DNA of 64,000 bases, taken from contig CAVTWJ010000014.1 of the NCBI GenBank assembly GCA_963738405.1, positions 192,001 through 256,000 on the forward strand, written 5' to 3'. The translations under genes and the position numbers were made by a program. The DNA comes from a candidate division FCPU426 bacterium. Lineage in GTDB: Bacteria; Oederibacteriota; Muellerivitia; Muellerivitales; Muellerivitaceae. Positions within the stretch are counted from its first letter, which is position 1; every line of letters begins with the position of its first letter. This document shows, in pieces, positions 29,254-39,277 of this stretch. The notes beneath the pieces are model-generated. The model did not search any database. It was not told the origin of the DNA and saw only the letters and a program-made list of their open reading frames with translations.

Positions 29254-32200
29254 CTATCGAACCGCGAAATACTCGCATTCGGGGTGATGGATCACGATAG
29301 CGCTAGTGGATTGCTCAGGCACCATCATGTGGGCCTCCGTCAAGGTGATGCCGATGGCCTTGGTGGCGTCCAACAGCCTGAAATACTTCTCCTGGTCCGA
29401 CTGCTCGGGGCATGCGGGATAGCCGGGGCTGTATCGCTTACCCTGCCCGATAGGCAAATCCCATTCTTTGCGAACCCGGCGGTGAATCCATTCGGCCATG
29501 GCCTCGGCAGTCTGTACGGCCAGCCCGTGTAAATAATAGGAATCGGTGTATTTCCCGTCTTTATTCAATTTCTCCACCAGCTCGGTGGCCTTGTCACCGA
29601 TGGTGACCACTTGGAAAGCCACCACGTCTTTCTCACCCGAGGAGACCGGCTTGAAATAATCGGAAAGGCACAGGTGGCGGCCCACCCTTTGGCGGGGAAA
29701 CTTGAAGCGTTCCAGTTCTTTCTTAGGATCGTTGCCGTCGTAAATAATCAAGTCGTTGCCATCCGAATTGGCCAGCCAGAAGCCATAAACCAGCTTGGGC
29801 TCGAACCAGTTCTTGGCCAAAATCTCATCCTGCATCTTGAGGCGCATGGGCTCGAACTGCTCTTTGATCAGCTTCTTATATTCATCCGAATCCTTGCCCT
29901 TCACGCCCCAGTTGAGTTTGTAAAGCTGGGTCAGGTCCAGATAGGGCCAAACTTCCCTTAAAGGCACCTTGTTGATGATGGAGGTTCCCGCGAAGGGGTT
30001 TTTGGGGATGCTCAAGGCCGGTTTGACCGTGGGCGGATATTTTTCCGGCGTGGCTTCTTCCTCTTCGTGCTTCACTTCGGCAAAACCCGAGGCTTTCGAT
30101 TTCAGAGCCTCTTCCTTGATTCGGTTGCGGAAGGTTTCCCGGCTGGCCAAATCCGACAGGGCGTTCAATATATCCAATCCCTCGAAGGCGTCCTTGGCGT
30201 AGTAAACGCCCGGTTCGTAAAGTTTCTCGTCCACAAAGCTGATGCGGTAGCCGTAGCGGCGGTTGATGGCGGCGCCCCCCACGACCACGGGATATTGCAG
30301 GCCCAGCTTTTCCAATTCCTGCACGCAAATGGGCATTTGCTTGGAAGTGACAACGAGAAGAGCCGAAAGCCCGATGGCGTCGGCCTTCACTTCCTGCGCC
30401 TTGGCGATGATGGTAGAAATCGGAACCTGCTTGCCCAGGTCGTGCACGGTGTAGCCGTTGTTGGAGAGAATTGTACGCACCAAGTTCTTGCCGATGTCGT
30501 GCACATCGCCGTAAACGGTGGCCAAAACCACTGTGCCCTTGGTGGTAGCGGTGGATTTATCTAGAAACTGCTCCACGTAGGACACGGCCTTCTTCATACA
30601 TTCGGCGGATTGAAGCACGAAGGGCAAGATCAATTCTCCCGCGCCGAACTTGTCCCCCACTTCCTTCATGGCGGGAAGAAGCACGGTGTTCAACGCCTCC
30701 ACCGCCGTTTTTTCTTTCAGCACCTCCGCCAGGTCCGCCTCGATGCCGTCGGGCTTGCGGTTCACGATTTTCCAATGCACTTTCTGCGCGGGGGCCATGC
30801 CCTCGGTCGGGTCAGCGGGGCCGGAGGATTCCACCGGCGCCTTGCCAGCGAAGTATTGAATGAAATTGGCCAAGGCCTGAGGGTCTCGGTTGAAAACCAG
30901 GTCGTCGGCCATCTTGCGTTCTTCCTCGGGGATGGCCGGGTAGGGCTTGATGTCGGCGGGATTCAAAATGGCCATATCGAGCCCGGCATGGACGCAGTGA
31001 TAAAGAAAGACGGAATTCAGCACTTCGCGGGCGGGCTTGGAAAGGCCGAAGGAGACGTTGGAAAGCCCCAGTACGGTGCGCACACCCGGAATTTCCTTCT
31101 TGATGGCCTTGATGCCTTCCATGGTCTCCACGGCGGAATTGCGAAATTCTTCCTCGCCCGTGGCCAGGGTAAAGGTGAGGGCGTCGAACACGATGTCTTC
31201 CGCCGGGATGCCGTATTCGTTCACGCAGATATCGGTGATCTTCTTGGCCACCTCCAGCTTTCTCGCGGCGGTTTTGGCCATGCCCTTTTCGGCGGGTTTG
31301 GACTTGTCGTAATAGAGGTCGTCAATCGTCATGGCCACCACGGCGGCACCGTATTTCTTAATAAGGGGGCAGAGTCTTTTTACGCGCCCGCCGTCGCCTT
31401 CCAGGTTGATGGAATTAACCAGCGCCCTTCCGGGGTAAATCTTTAGGGCGGCCTCGATGACGTCCGATTCGGTGGAATCGATCATCAGGGGGGTATCGAC
31501 CCCCAGGGCCAGCTTCTTGACCACCTTCATTATCTGTTCTTTCTCGTCCACCCGCTCGGTCACGGCCACGCACACATCCAGCACATGCGCCCCGCCCTCG
31601 GCCTGGCCCCGGCCCACCGTCACCATGCCGTCGTAATCGTCGGCGAGGAGTAATTGCTTGATCTTGCGGGAGCCTTGGGCGTTCACCCTTTCGCCAACGA
31701 TAAGGGGCTTGGGGTCCTGGTCCATGGAGACCGACTTGATCATGGAAGATGCGTCGCAGATATGGGTGACGTCGCGTTTTTTGGGAGCCTGGTTGCCGAT
31801 GGCTTGAACCACCTGGCGCAGATGCTCGTGGGTGGTGCCGCAGCAGCCGCCGATCACGTTAACGCCGAATTCTTCCACAAATTCCTTAAGTGCCGCCGCC
31901 AGGGCCTCTGGTTTCAAGGGGTATACCGCCTGCCCGCCCCGGTTCTCGGGAAGCCCCGCGTTGGGAATGGTGGAAATGGGGATATTGGAAAATTGGCTTA
32001 AGTACCGCACCGAATCCTTCATTTCCTTGGGGCCGGTGGAACAGTTCATTCCGATGACATCGATTGGAAGACGGGAGAAGGTGGATAGCACCGAGCCGAT
32101 GTCGGTGCCCAAGAGCATGCGCCCCGTAGTGTCCAGGGTGGTCTGGGCCATGATGCCGACCGGGGATTTTTTTTCCGTGCGGGCCTTATGGCAACCGTAA

Positions 32201-32727
32201 ACCGCCGCGCGCATTTCCAAAATATCCTGGCTGGTCTCAACGAGGAGTGCGTCCACCCCCGCGTCGATCATGATGCAGGCCTGTTCGTAATAGATGGCTT
32301 CCAGCTGATCAACCGTGATCTTGCCGAGATCCGGGTCTTCCGAGGCGGGGAGCATACCCGTGGGGCCCATGGAACCCACCACGAATCGGGGATGGTCGGG
32401 GGTGGAATACTGGTCGGCCAGCTCCCGGGCCAGTTTGACGGCGGCGGTGTTGATTTCAACGATCCGGTCGCCCAGCCCGTATTCTTCCAGTTTCAGGCGG
32501 TTGGAGCCGAAGGTGTTGGTTTCCAGGCAGTCCACCCCCGCCTTCAAAAAGCCCTCGTGCACTTCCCTTACAACCTGGGGTTTGGTGATCACCAGATAAT
32601 CGTTCAGGCCTTCCTTGCCGCCGAAATCCTCCTTCGTGAGGTTATAGACCTGCAGGTTGGTGCCCATGGCCCCGTCAAAAATGAGGACTTTTTTCTTGAG
32701 AGCGTCCAAAAAGAGCGGCCGAGGCAT
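29254..32727 (-). CDS. metH: Cobalamin-dependent methionine synthase
   Basis: DGAMGT, GMNCSTGP, GGCCGTT, pterin-binding domain GERVNAQGS, B12 motif GDVHDIGKN, RYSPGYPACP. Confidence 0.97.
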   Translation of the reverse strand: MPRPLFLDALKKKVLIFDGAMGTNLQVYNLTKEDFGGKEGLNDYLVITKPQVVREVHEGFLKAGVDCLETNTFGSNRLKLEEYGLGDRIVEINTAAVKLARELADQYSTPDHPRFVVGSMGPTGMLPASEDPDLGKITVDQLEAIYYEQACIMIDAGVDALLVETSQDILEMRAAVYGCHKARTEKKSPVGIMAQTTLDTTGRMLLGTDIGSVLSTFSRLPIDVIGMNCSTGPKEMKDSVRYLSQFSNIPISTIPNAGLPENRGGQAVYPLKPEALAAALKEFVEEFGVNVIGGCCGTTHEHLRQVVQAIGNQAPKKRDVTHICDASSMIKSVSMDQDPKPLIVGERVNAQGSRKIKQLLLADDYDGMVTVGRGQAEGGAHVLDVCVAVTERVDEKEQIMKVVKKLALGVDTPLMIDSTESDVIEAALKIYPGRALVNSINLEGDGGRVKRLCPLIKKYGAAVVAMTIDDLYYDKSKPAEKGMAKTAARKLEVAKKITDICVNEYGIPAEDIVFDALTFTLATGEEEFRNSAVETMEGIKAIKKEIPGVRTVLGLSNVSFGLSKPAREVLNSVFLYHCVHAGLDMAILNPADIKPYPAIPEEERKMADDLVFNRDPQALANFIQYFAGKAPVESSGPADPTEGMAPAQKVHWKIVNRKPDGIEADLAEVLKEKTAVEALNTVLLPAMKEVGDKFGAGELILPFVLQSAECMKKAVSYVEQFLDKSTATTKGTVVLATVYGDVHDIGKNLVRTILSNNGYTVHDLGKQVPISTIIAKAQEVKADAIGLSALLVVTSKQMPICVQELEKLGLQYPVVVGGAAINRRYGYRISFVDEKLYEPGVYYAKDAFEGLDILNALSDLASRETFRNRIKEEALKSKASGFAEVKHEEEEATPEKYPPTVKPALSIPKNPFAGTSIINKVPLREVWPYLDLTQLYKLNWGVKGKDSDEYKKLIKEQFEPMRLKMQDEILAKNWFEPKLVYGFWLANSDGNDLIIYDGNDPKKELERFKFPRQRVGRHLCLSDYFKPVSSGEKDVVAFQVVTIGDKATELVEKLNKDGKYTDSYYLHGLAVQTAEAMAEWIHRRVRKEWDLPIGQGKRYSPGYPACPEQSDQEKYFRLLDATKAIGITLTEAHMMVPEQSTSAIVIHHPECEYFAVR

Positions 32728-32873
32728 GGGTTTTCCTTTCAAATTCGATCAAAGGGACGCTAGTTTAGGACCTCGCCCCGCGCGCTTCAAGCCGTTAAAC
32801 CGATTCCTTCGTATATAACTGCGGGAAAAGTGGTATTAACTTTGGGAATAAATCAACTTAAGGAGAAACGCCC

Positions 32874-33206
32874 ATGCGCACCATCGGCTTATTGCTGGTA
32901 TCCAACATCTTTATGACCTTCGCCTGGTACGGGCACCTGAAGTACCGCGCCTCACCGCTTTGGATCGCCATCCTCGTTTCTTGGGGCATCGCCTTTTTTG
33001 AATACTGCTTCCAAGTACCCGCCAACCGCATTGGGAGCTACGAGTTCACCACCGCGCAACTGAAGACCATCCAGGAAGTCATCACCCTGGTGGTCTTTTG
33101 CGGCTTTTCGGTTTTCTATCTTAAAGAAGATCTAAAGTGGAACTACTTGGTGGGTTTCGGCTTCATGGTGGGCGCCGTCTTTTTTGTCTTTAAGAAGTGG
33201 GCGTGA
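32874..33206 (+). CDS. DMT-family small membrane protein (DUF486-like)
   Basis: SNIFMTFAWYGHLK, SWGIAFFEYCFQVPANRIG, QLKTIQEVITL. Confidence 0.9.
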   Translation: MRTIGLLLVSNIFMTFAWYGHLKYRASPLWIAILVSWGIAFFEYCFQVPANRIGSYEFTTAQLKTIQEVITLVVFCGFSVFYLKEDLKWNYLVGFGFMVGAVFFVFKKWA

Positions 33207-33210
33207 ACAA

Positions 33211-33240
33211 AAAAGGCGCCCCCCTCAAGGGGCGCCTTTT
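33211..33240 (+). terminator. Intrinsic terminator, potentially bidirectional
   Basis: AAAAGGCGCCCC-loop-GGGGCGCCTTTT. Confidence 0.8.
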
Positions 33241-33332
33241 GCTTTAAGGGTTTCAATCCCCGTCAAAGGAATCGGAACGTTTTCATTAACGGCTTTCTTC
33301 TTGTTGCCCGAATAAAGCTCTACCATTAAGCT

Positions 33333-33941
33333 GTGCCCATGAATTTCCAACTTTTAACCCATCCCGTGATCAACCTTCCCCTTTTCGGGTCCACTTTTGT
33401 CCTTATTTTCCTGGCCGAACTACCCGACAAGACGGCTTTGGCCATCATCCTCATGGCCAGCCGTTATAAACCCCTTGGGGTCTTCGCGGGGGTGGCCGCG
33501 GCTTACGTGGTTCAAAACCTAGTGGCCGTCTTCTTTGGCGGGCTTATTTCCCTTTTGCCTTCGGTGATTGTCCATACCTGCGCGGGCGTCCTGTTTTTGA
33601 TCTTCGCCTATCTGGTTTGGCGCCATCGCGAGGAGGTGAACGAAAAATTCTCGGCCCAGAAGACGTTCTTCAAGTCGGCGATTGCCTCCTTTACGGTCAT
33701 TTTTCTCGCCGAATGGGGCGATTTAACCCAATTGGCCACCGTAACCCTGATCGCCAAAACGCGGGATCCATGGACCATCTTTCTCGCCTCCACTTCCGCC
33801 CTCTGGGTTTGCTCGGGCCTCATGATTTGGCTCGGCCGAAAGGCCCGAAAACTGTTGAAACCGGAGCCGCTTCACAAAATCGCCGCCCTCGCCTTCGCGG
33901 TTGTTGGAATCCTTTTGCTGGCGGGGTTTTGGGATAAGTAG
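33333..33941 (+). CDS. TMEM165/GDT1 (UPF0016) cation transporter
   Basis: Twin motifs AELPDKT and AEWGDLTQ. Confidence 0.9.
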   Translation: MPMNFQLLTHPVINLPLFGSTFVLIFLAELPDKTALAIILMASRYKPLGVFAGVAAAYVVQNLVAVFFGGLISLLPSVIVHTCAGVLFLIFAYLVWRHREEVNEKFSAQKTFFKSAIASFTVIFLAEWGDLTQLATVTLIAKTRDPWTIFLASTSALWVCSGLMIWLGRKARKLLKPEPLHKIAALAFAVVGILLLAGFWDK

Positions 33942-34032
33942 ACCTCTCCCGCCGGGCCTTTCCACTTGCGATAAAAAAGCCGTTTTGGGTAATATACTCG
34001 TCCTTTCCCGGGCTTTCGGGGAAGCAACCGAT

Positions 34033-34109
34033 GCGCCTGTGGCTCAATTGGATAGAGCGACTGACTACGGATCAGTAGGTTGGGGGTTCAAGTCCCTCCA
34101 GGCGCACCA
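34033..34109 (+). tRNA. tRNA-Arg(ACG)
   Basis: Cloverleaf; anticodon arm ACTGA-CT-ACG-GA-TCAGT; GGTTCAAG T-loop; encoded CCA. Confidence 0.97.
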
Positions 34110-34118
34110 TTTTAAAAT

Positions 34119-34240
34119 GACTTGAACCCTGGGAAAGGGTTCGGGAAAACGGAAGTTTTACCGTGTGTTTCGACGGGGTACGTAGGGGGAGTTTCCCCTA
34201 CGAGCGCTTTGCGCGGTTCAAGCCCCTCCTCATCACACCA
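34119..34240 (+). repeat. tRNA-3'-associated structured mini-element, copy A
   Basis: Starts with the reverse complement of the tRNA-Arg T-arm, has three internal hairpins, ends in a degenerate tRNA 3'-end copy with CCA. Confidence 0.7.
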
Positions 34241-34261
34241 TCTTTCTTTAGAAGAATATAT

Positions 34262-34735
34262 TTGAGGTGTCCGCTGTTCCCCTCCGATGAACCCTTCATG
34301 CGGGAAGCCCTGAAAGAAGCTGCCAAGGCCGCCCAAAAGGGAGAGGTGCCCGTGGGCGCGGTGGTGGTATATGAAGGAAAGATTATCGGCCGGGGCCATA
34401 ACCTCACCGAGAAAAAACAAAGCGCCCTGACCCACGCCGAAATGGGAGCCCTCAGCCGGGCAACCCAGAAGATTAAAAGCTGGCGGTTGGCGGACTGCGA
34501 CCTTTACGTGACGCTGGAGCCCTGCACCATGTGCGCGGGGGCGATTGTTTTATCCCGAGTCCGGCGGCTGGTTTTCGGGGCGATGGACCCCAAGGCGGGA
34601 GCGGTCGTGAGCACGGCCCAGGTGATGGACAACGGGAAATTGAACCACCGGGTTCAAATCTCGGATGGTATATTAAAAGAAGAATGTTCGCGGGTCCTCA
34701 CGGACTTCTTTAGGACTTTGCGAAACAAGAAGTGA
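34262..34735 (+). CDS. tadA: tRNA-specific adenosine deaminase (start uncertain, 34262 or 34298)
   Basis: GEVPVGAV, HAE, LYVTLEPCTMCAGA, FGAMDPKAGA. Confidence 0.95.
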   Translation: MRCPLFPSDEPFMREALKEAAKAAQKGEVPVGAVVVYEGKIIGRGHNLTEKKQSALTHAEMGALSRATQKIKSWRLADCDLYVTLEPCTMCAGAIVLSRVRRLVFGAMDPKAGAVVSTAQVMDNGKLNHRVQISDGILKEECSRVLTDFFRTLRNKK

Positions 34736-34742
34736 CGGACGT

Positions 34743-34818
34743 GGGGATGTAGCTCAGCTGGGAGAGCGTCTCGTTCGCAACGAGAAGGTCGGCGGTTCGA
34801 TCCCGCTCATCTCCACCA
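34743..34818 (+). tRNA. tRNA-Ala(CGC)
   Basis: G3-U70 pair in the acceptor stem; anticodon arm TCTCG-TT-CGC-AA-CGAGA; CCA. Confidence 0.96.
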
Positions 34819-34929
34819 ATTTTTAGAAGTAATACTTTTGAGCAGTTGAACAATAGAACAGTTGAAGAGTGGATGAAGGCAACTGCGGTCAACTGCTCTA
34901 CTGGTCAATTGCTCGTTTTTTTGAGTGCT

Positions 34930-35020
34930 GGAGAGATGGCCGAGCGGTCGAAGGCGCACGCCTGGAAAGCGTGTAGGCTCCAAAAGGGTCTCAAGGGTTC
35001 GAATCCCTTTCTCTCCGCCA
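34930..35020 (+). tRNA. tRNA-Ser(GGA)
   Basis: Anticodon arm CACGC-CT-GGA-AA-GCGTG, long variable arm, CCA. Confidence 0.96.
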
Positions 35021-35101
35021 TATTTTGCGTTTTTTTCCTCTTCTTCCCTCTACCTCAAGCATGGAAAGTTCGCGGACTTTTCGATTAAGATAGTCAACCC
35101 A

Positions 35102-35220
35102 CCTCGGCGTGGAAGTCGGGTCCTATACGGCGGGCGGGCCCCAACTCCGCTAGGTCCGGAAGGAAGCAACGGTAAGGTCAGTGCCCGGGTGTTGTGGGTA
35201 ACCTGGCTTCCACGACGAGG
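35102..35220 (+). ncRNA. ffs: Small bacterial SRP RNA (4.5S type)
   Basis: Domain IV AGGTCCGGAAGGAAGCAAC inside a long hairpin; usual position between tadA and dnaX. Confidence 0.9.
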
Positions 35221-35317
35221 CGGGCCGCATCTTAAGATGCGAAGTTTAAAGCGAGAAGTTCGGAGCGATAAGTTTTAACCCCTAACCGCTAATTCCTAAC
35301 TCTTCCGAAGGAAATTT

Positions 35318-37060
35318 ATGCCCCAAGTCATGGCCCTCAAATGGCGTCCCCAGGTCTTTGCCGACATGGTGGGCCAGGAGCACGTCACCCGAACCCTTCA
35401 AAACTCCATCAAGGCCGACCGGGTAGCCCACGCCTACATCTTCGCCGGCCCCCGCGGCGTCGGCAAAACCACCACCGCCCGCATCTTCGCCAAGGCCCTC
35501 AACTGCCGAAATCTTAAAGACGCCGAACCCTGCAACGCCTGCGACCTCTGCGAGGAAGTCAACCAAGGCTCGGCCATGGACGTCATCGAGATCGACGCGG
35601 CCTCCTTCAACCGAGTGGAAGATATCCGCAACCTGCAGGAACAGGTGGGCACCTACCCCGCCAAGGCCCGCTACAAGGTTTACATCTTTGACGAAGCGCA
35701 CCGCATCACCAAACAGGGTTTCGACGCCTTCTTGAAGACTCTGGAAGAACCTCCCGCCCACGTCATCTTTATCCTCGCCTCAACTGAAATTCACCAATTC
35801 CCCCCCACTGTTCAGTCGCGCTGCCAGCGTTTCGAGTTCCGCTCCATGGGGATGGACACGCTGGTCAAACAGCTCCGCCGGATCAGCGACGCTGAAAAAA
35901 TAGAGATCGACGACAAGGCCCTCTACCAGGTGGCCCGGGCCGCCGGGGGTTCCATGCGCGACGGCCAAAGGACCCTGGACCAAGTCGTGGCCTTCTCCGG
36001 TAAAAAAGTGACCTTGGACGATCTTCGGATGGTTTTGGGGTCGATTGAGGGGGAAGTTTTCCTTAAATTGGCCGAAGCGGCCCTGGCCCAAGACGCCCAG
36101 GCCGGGCTGGCGGTGGTTCGATCAGTCATGGAAAGCGGCAAAGATTTAGAACATTTCCATTCCGGGCTCTTGGAAACTTTCCGCCACCTAGCCGTTTCCA
36201 AAACCTATCCTCAGGCCTCCGGTGAGCTGATCCCCCTTCCGGCGGAAGAAATAACCCGGTTAACGGAATTGGCCTCCAGGATGAGCGAAGCCCAAATCCT
36301 TTCCTCTTTGCGCCTCCTGTTAGAGCAGGAATGGGCGGTTCGTCACTCCGGCAGCCCCATGGTCGTCGTGGAAACCCTGGTGCTGGAACTGTGCCGTTTG
36401 GGTTCCTTGATTTCCGTGGGCGATCTTTTAAAGCAGGCTGAAACGGGTTCCGTTAAGATCCCGTCCGCTCCCGCTCGCCCCACAGCCCCAGCCGTAAACC
36501 CCGCGGTGGCGGTAATGTCGGAGGCGCCAAAACCCTACACCGCTCCTGTTGCCCCCGCCCCTGTTTCGGTTTCCGAGGGGGAACCCGCCTTAGCCGTGGA
36601 TGAGATCGAAGACGCTTCTGAAACAAGCTCCAACCCCGAATTCGCCAAGATCAAAAACCGTTGGCGCGAGATTCTTGAAAAGGTCGCGGCCCAAAAGAAA
36701 GCGCTGGAAGCCGTACTGCGCGATACCCGCCCCAAAAAGCTGGACGAGGGCACCCTGGTTCTTTCCTGCCTGGGCCCCTTTCACCAGGAACAAATGACCA
36801 AACCGGAAAACAAAATACTGGTCGAGAAAATACTGGAAGAAGAGGTGGGCCGGCCCATCCATCTGGTTCCCGTGCTCTCAGGCCCCGCCCCAACGGGCAC
36901 CGCCGCCAAACCGAGCGGTCCCAGGTCTCCCAAGCCCCTTTCAAGCCCCAAAATCGACGAAAAAGAACTGGAAAAAGAAGAACCGATCGTGGCCGCCGCG
37001 TTGAAAATGTTCGGTGGAAAAATTGTCGAGGTCAAACGCAATCCGCCGCCGGCGAGATAA
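35318..37060 (+). CDS. dnaX: DNA polymerase III subunit gamma/tau
   Basis: KWRPQ, GPRGVGKTT, Zn cysteines, EIDAAS, DEAH, SRC. Confidence 0.97.
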   Translation: MPQVMALKWRPQVFADMVGQEHVTRTLQNSIKADRVAHAYIFAGPRGVGKTTTARIFAKALNCRNLKDAEPCNACDLCEEVNQGSAMDVIEIDAASFNRVEDIRNLQEQVGTYPAKARYKVYIFDEAHRITKQGFDAFLKTLEEPPAHVIFILASTEIHQFPPTVQSRCQRFEFRSMGMDTLVKQLRRISDAEKIEIDDKALYQVARAAGGSMRDGQRTLDQVVAFSGKKVTLDDLRMVLGSIEGEVFLKLAEAALAQDAQAGLAVVRSVMESGKDLEHFHSGLLETFRHLAVSKTYPQASGELIPLPAEEITRLTELASRMSEAQILSSLRLLLEQEWAVRHSGSPMVVVETLVLELCRLGSLISVGDLLKQAETGSVKIPSAPARPTAPAVNPAVAVMSEAPKPYTAPVAPAPVSVSEGEPALAVDEIEDASETSSNPEFAKIKNRWREILEKVAAQKKALEAVLRDTRPKKLDEGTLVLSCLGPFHQEQMTKPENKILVEKILEEEVGRPIHLVPVLSGPAPTGTAAKPSGPRSPKPLSSPKIDEKELEKEEPIVAAALKMFGGKIVEVKRNPPPAR

Positions 37061-37129
37061 GCGTTTTTCCGGTTAATTATCGCCCAGAAAAGGTTTATAA
37101 AAGATTCATCCCAAACGATGGAGGCGCTC

Positions 37130-37441
37130 ATGCCGGATATGCTCGACCTTTTCCGCCAAGCCCAGTTGATGAAAGAAAAAATGGCCCAGTTCCAGAAAGA
37201 AATGGAAACCCAGACCTTCGACGGGTCGGCGGGGGGAAACGCGGTGACGGTCACGGTCAACGGCAAACATGAGGTTCAAAACATCTCTATCAACCCCCGG
37301 GTCATCGCCACCGGCGACAAAGAACAGCTGGAAGATCTTGTAAAAACCGCGCTCAATAACGCGGGCCGCCAGGTGAATGAAAAAATGAAGGAAGAAGTCA
37401 ACCGAATGACCGGCGGATTAGGCATCCCCGGCCTTTTATAA
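37130..37441 (+). CDS. ybaB: YbaB/EbfC nucleoid-associated protein
   Basis: GSAGGNAVTVTVNG, LEDLV..ALNNA; located between dnaX and recR. Confidence 0.93.
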   Translation: MPDMLDLFRQAQLMKEKMAQFQKEMETQTFDGSAGGNAVTVTVNGKHEVQNISINPRVIATGDKEQLEDLVKTALNNAGRQVNEKMKEEVNRMTGGLGIPGLL

Positions 37442-37459
37442 AACTCAGCAGCCCACAAC

Positions 37460-38062
37460 ATGCCCGACTATCCCCCGTCCCTCGAAAAACTGCTTCACGA
37501 ACTGGAAAAACTTCCGGGGGTCGGTCCCCGTTCGGCCCAACGCCTGGCCTTTCACCTGTTGAAGCAACCCGTCGAAAACTCCCAGCTTCTGGCCAAGGCC
37601 CTGGTTGAAGCCCGAACCAAACTTCACCCCTGCCGGGATTGCCACAACCTGACTGAAGAAACCCTTTGCCGAATCTGCCTTGCTCCCGGAAGGGACAAGC
37701 AATTGTTGTTGGTGGTGGAAGATCCCAGCGACGTCATCGCCTTTGAGCGCACCCACGAGTTTCACGGCCTTTACCATGTCTTGGGCGGTAACCTTTCCCC
37801 ATTGGAAGGGCGGGGCCCGGACGATCTGAAACTGGATTCACTGGTGGAAAGGGTGAAAACAAACAGTGTGTTCAAAGAAGTCATTGTCGCGACCGACCCC
37901 ACGGTGGAAGGGGATTCCACGGCCCTTTATATTCAACATCTATTAAAAGGAAACCCCATCAAGGTCACCCGCCTCGCCCGGGGCCTGCCCTCGGGCGGGG
38001 ATGTGGAGTATGCGGACGAATCGACACTTCTAAAGGCCCTGGAAGGGCGCCGGGAATTATAA
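37460..38062 (+). CDS. recR: Recombination mediator RecR
   Basis: LPGVGPRSAQRLA, C4 zinc finger, YHVLGG, Toprim ATDPTVEGD. Confidence 0.97.
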   Translation: MPDYPPSLEKLLHELEKLPGVGPRSAQRLAFHLLKQPVENSQLLAKALVEARTKLHPCRDCHNLTEETLCRICLAPGRDKQLLLVVEDPSDVIAFERTHEFHGLYHVLGGNLSPLEGRGPDDLKLDSLVERVKTNSVFKEVIVATDPTVEGDSTALYIQHLLKGNPIKVTRLARGLPSGGDVEYADESTLLKALEGRREL

Positions 38063-38164
38063 ATGGTTGATTCAGTACCATCTTCCTTAAACGACTTATC
38101 GGAAGATGGTGCGAATCTGCGCTCCTGCAAATACTCAAAGGTCGGCGTGAATTATAAGAAGGGC

Positions 38165-39244
38165 ATGCGAAGCCATCCGCAAATCCTTGTCTGGGTCCTA
38201 ACCTTGCTCAACCTGATTCCCATTTCCCTACAAGCCGAAGAAACCATTCCGCCCGATAGCCCCCTCATCCGTTATTCCGGCCGGGTCATCGTGAATAAAA
38301 CCCGCGGGGCCATTTTCGATTGGCCGGGGGTATCGATTCACGCGGGTTTCAAGGGAACGGAGGCGGGTTTTCTGATCGACGGAGCCAAAAATAATCTGGA
38401 AGTTAAAGTGGACGGAGAAGCCGTCACCACCTGGACCTGCGACCCCTCCCCCCAAACCTACTGGATCAAAGGCCTTTCCGAGGGAAACCACCAGGTGGAA
38501 ATCGTCAAACGAACCGAGGGATTGTTCGGACCCGTCATCTTCCAAGGAATGGTGCTTGATTCAAAGAGCGAGGCGCAAAAACCTTTTCCCCCCCCGGAGC
38601 ATCGAATCGAGTTCATCGGGGATTCCTGGATTTGCGGGTACGGGGACGAAGCCACCACCCTTCACTGCAAGGACCTGCGCCCCTACGAAAACGCAGACCG
38701 GGCCTTTGGGGCCCTAACCGCCCGCGCGTTGGGGGCGGAATACCACCTCACCGCCTTCTCAGGCCGGGGGGTGGTGCGCAATTACGCTGAAAAAGGCACT
38801 TCTTCCCAAGAGCCTTTCGGCGTCCTGTTTAACCGCACGCTGGTGGAGGCCCGGGATTGCCCTTGGGATTTTTCGCAGTGGGTCCCGGACGCAGTGGTGA
38901 TCCATTTGGGATTGAACGATTTTTCCTCCACGCCCCATCCCGCACCGCAGGATTTCATTGAAGGCTATCGTAAACTTCTTCAACAGGTTCGAGCGGCTTA
39001 TCCCCAGGCTTGGATTATCTGCTTTGCCACCACCGGCTGGCCCTTTTTCAGCCCCTTGGTGAAGGAAGCCTCGGACAGCTTCAACCGCGGAGGAGATCCC
39101 AAGGTGATGTTCGCCGGGTATCCGAGTGTTCCTTTATCGGAACTCGGCTGCGATTATCACCCCCAGGTCGTCGCCCACCAGCGGCTGGCGGATATCTTGG
39201 CGCCGGTTATTCGGAAGACTCTCGGCTGGGGTCCATTACAATAG
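38165..39244 (+). CDS. Secreted SGNH/GDSL esterase, CE2-like (acetylxylan esterase)
   Basis: FDWPG N-terminal domain, RIEFIGDSWICGYG, HLGLND, DYHP. Confidence 0.85.
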   Translation: MRSHPQILVWVLTLLNLIPISLQAEETIPPDSPLIRYSGRVIVNKTRGAIFDWPGVSIHAGFKGTEAGFLIDGAKNNLEVKVDGEAVTTWTCDPSPQTYWIKGLSEGNHQVEIVKRTEGLFGPVIFQGMVLDSKSEAQKPFPPPEHRIEFIGDSWICGYGDEATTLHCKDLRPYENADRAFGALTARALGAEYHLTAFSGRGVVRNYAEKGTSSQEPFGVLFNRTLVEARDCPWDFSQWVPDAVVIHLGLNDFSSTPHPAPQDFIEGYRKLLQQVRAAYPQAWIICFATTGWPFFSPLVKEASDSFNRGGDPKVMFAGYPSVPLSELGCDYHPQVVAHQRLADILAPVIRKTLGWGPLQ

Positions 39245-39277
39245 ACTGCGCTGTTCAATCCTTTTTTAGGAGTTCCC

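Noticed and set aside
32743..33332. SAM/cobalamin riboswitch before metH or yybP-ykoY riboswitch before the TMEM165 gene
   Set aside because: Leaders are short and I could not find the conserved cores
35318..37060. Programmed frameshift in dnaX producing the gamma subunit
   Set aside because: No A-AAA-AAG slippery site with downstream hairpin recognised at the expected position
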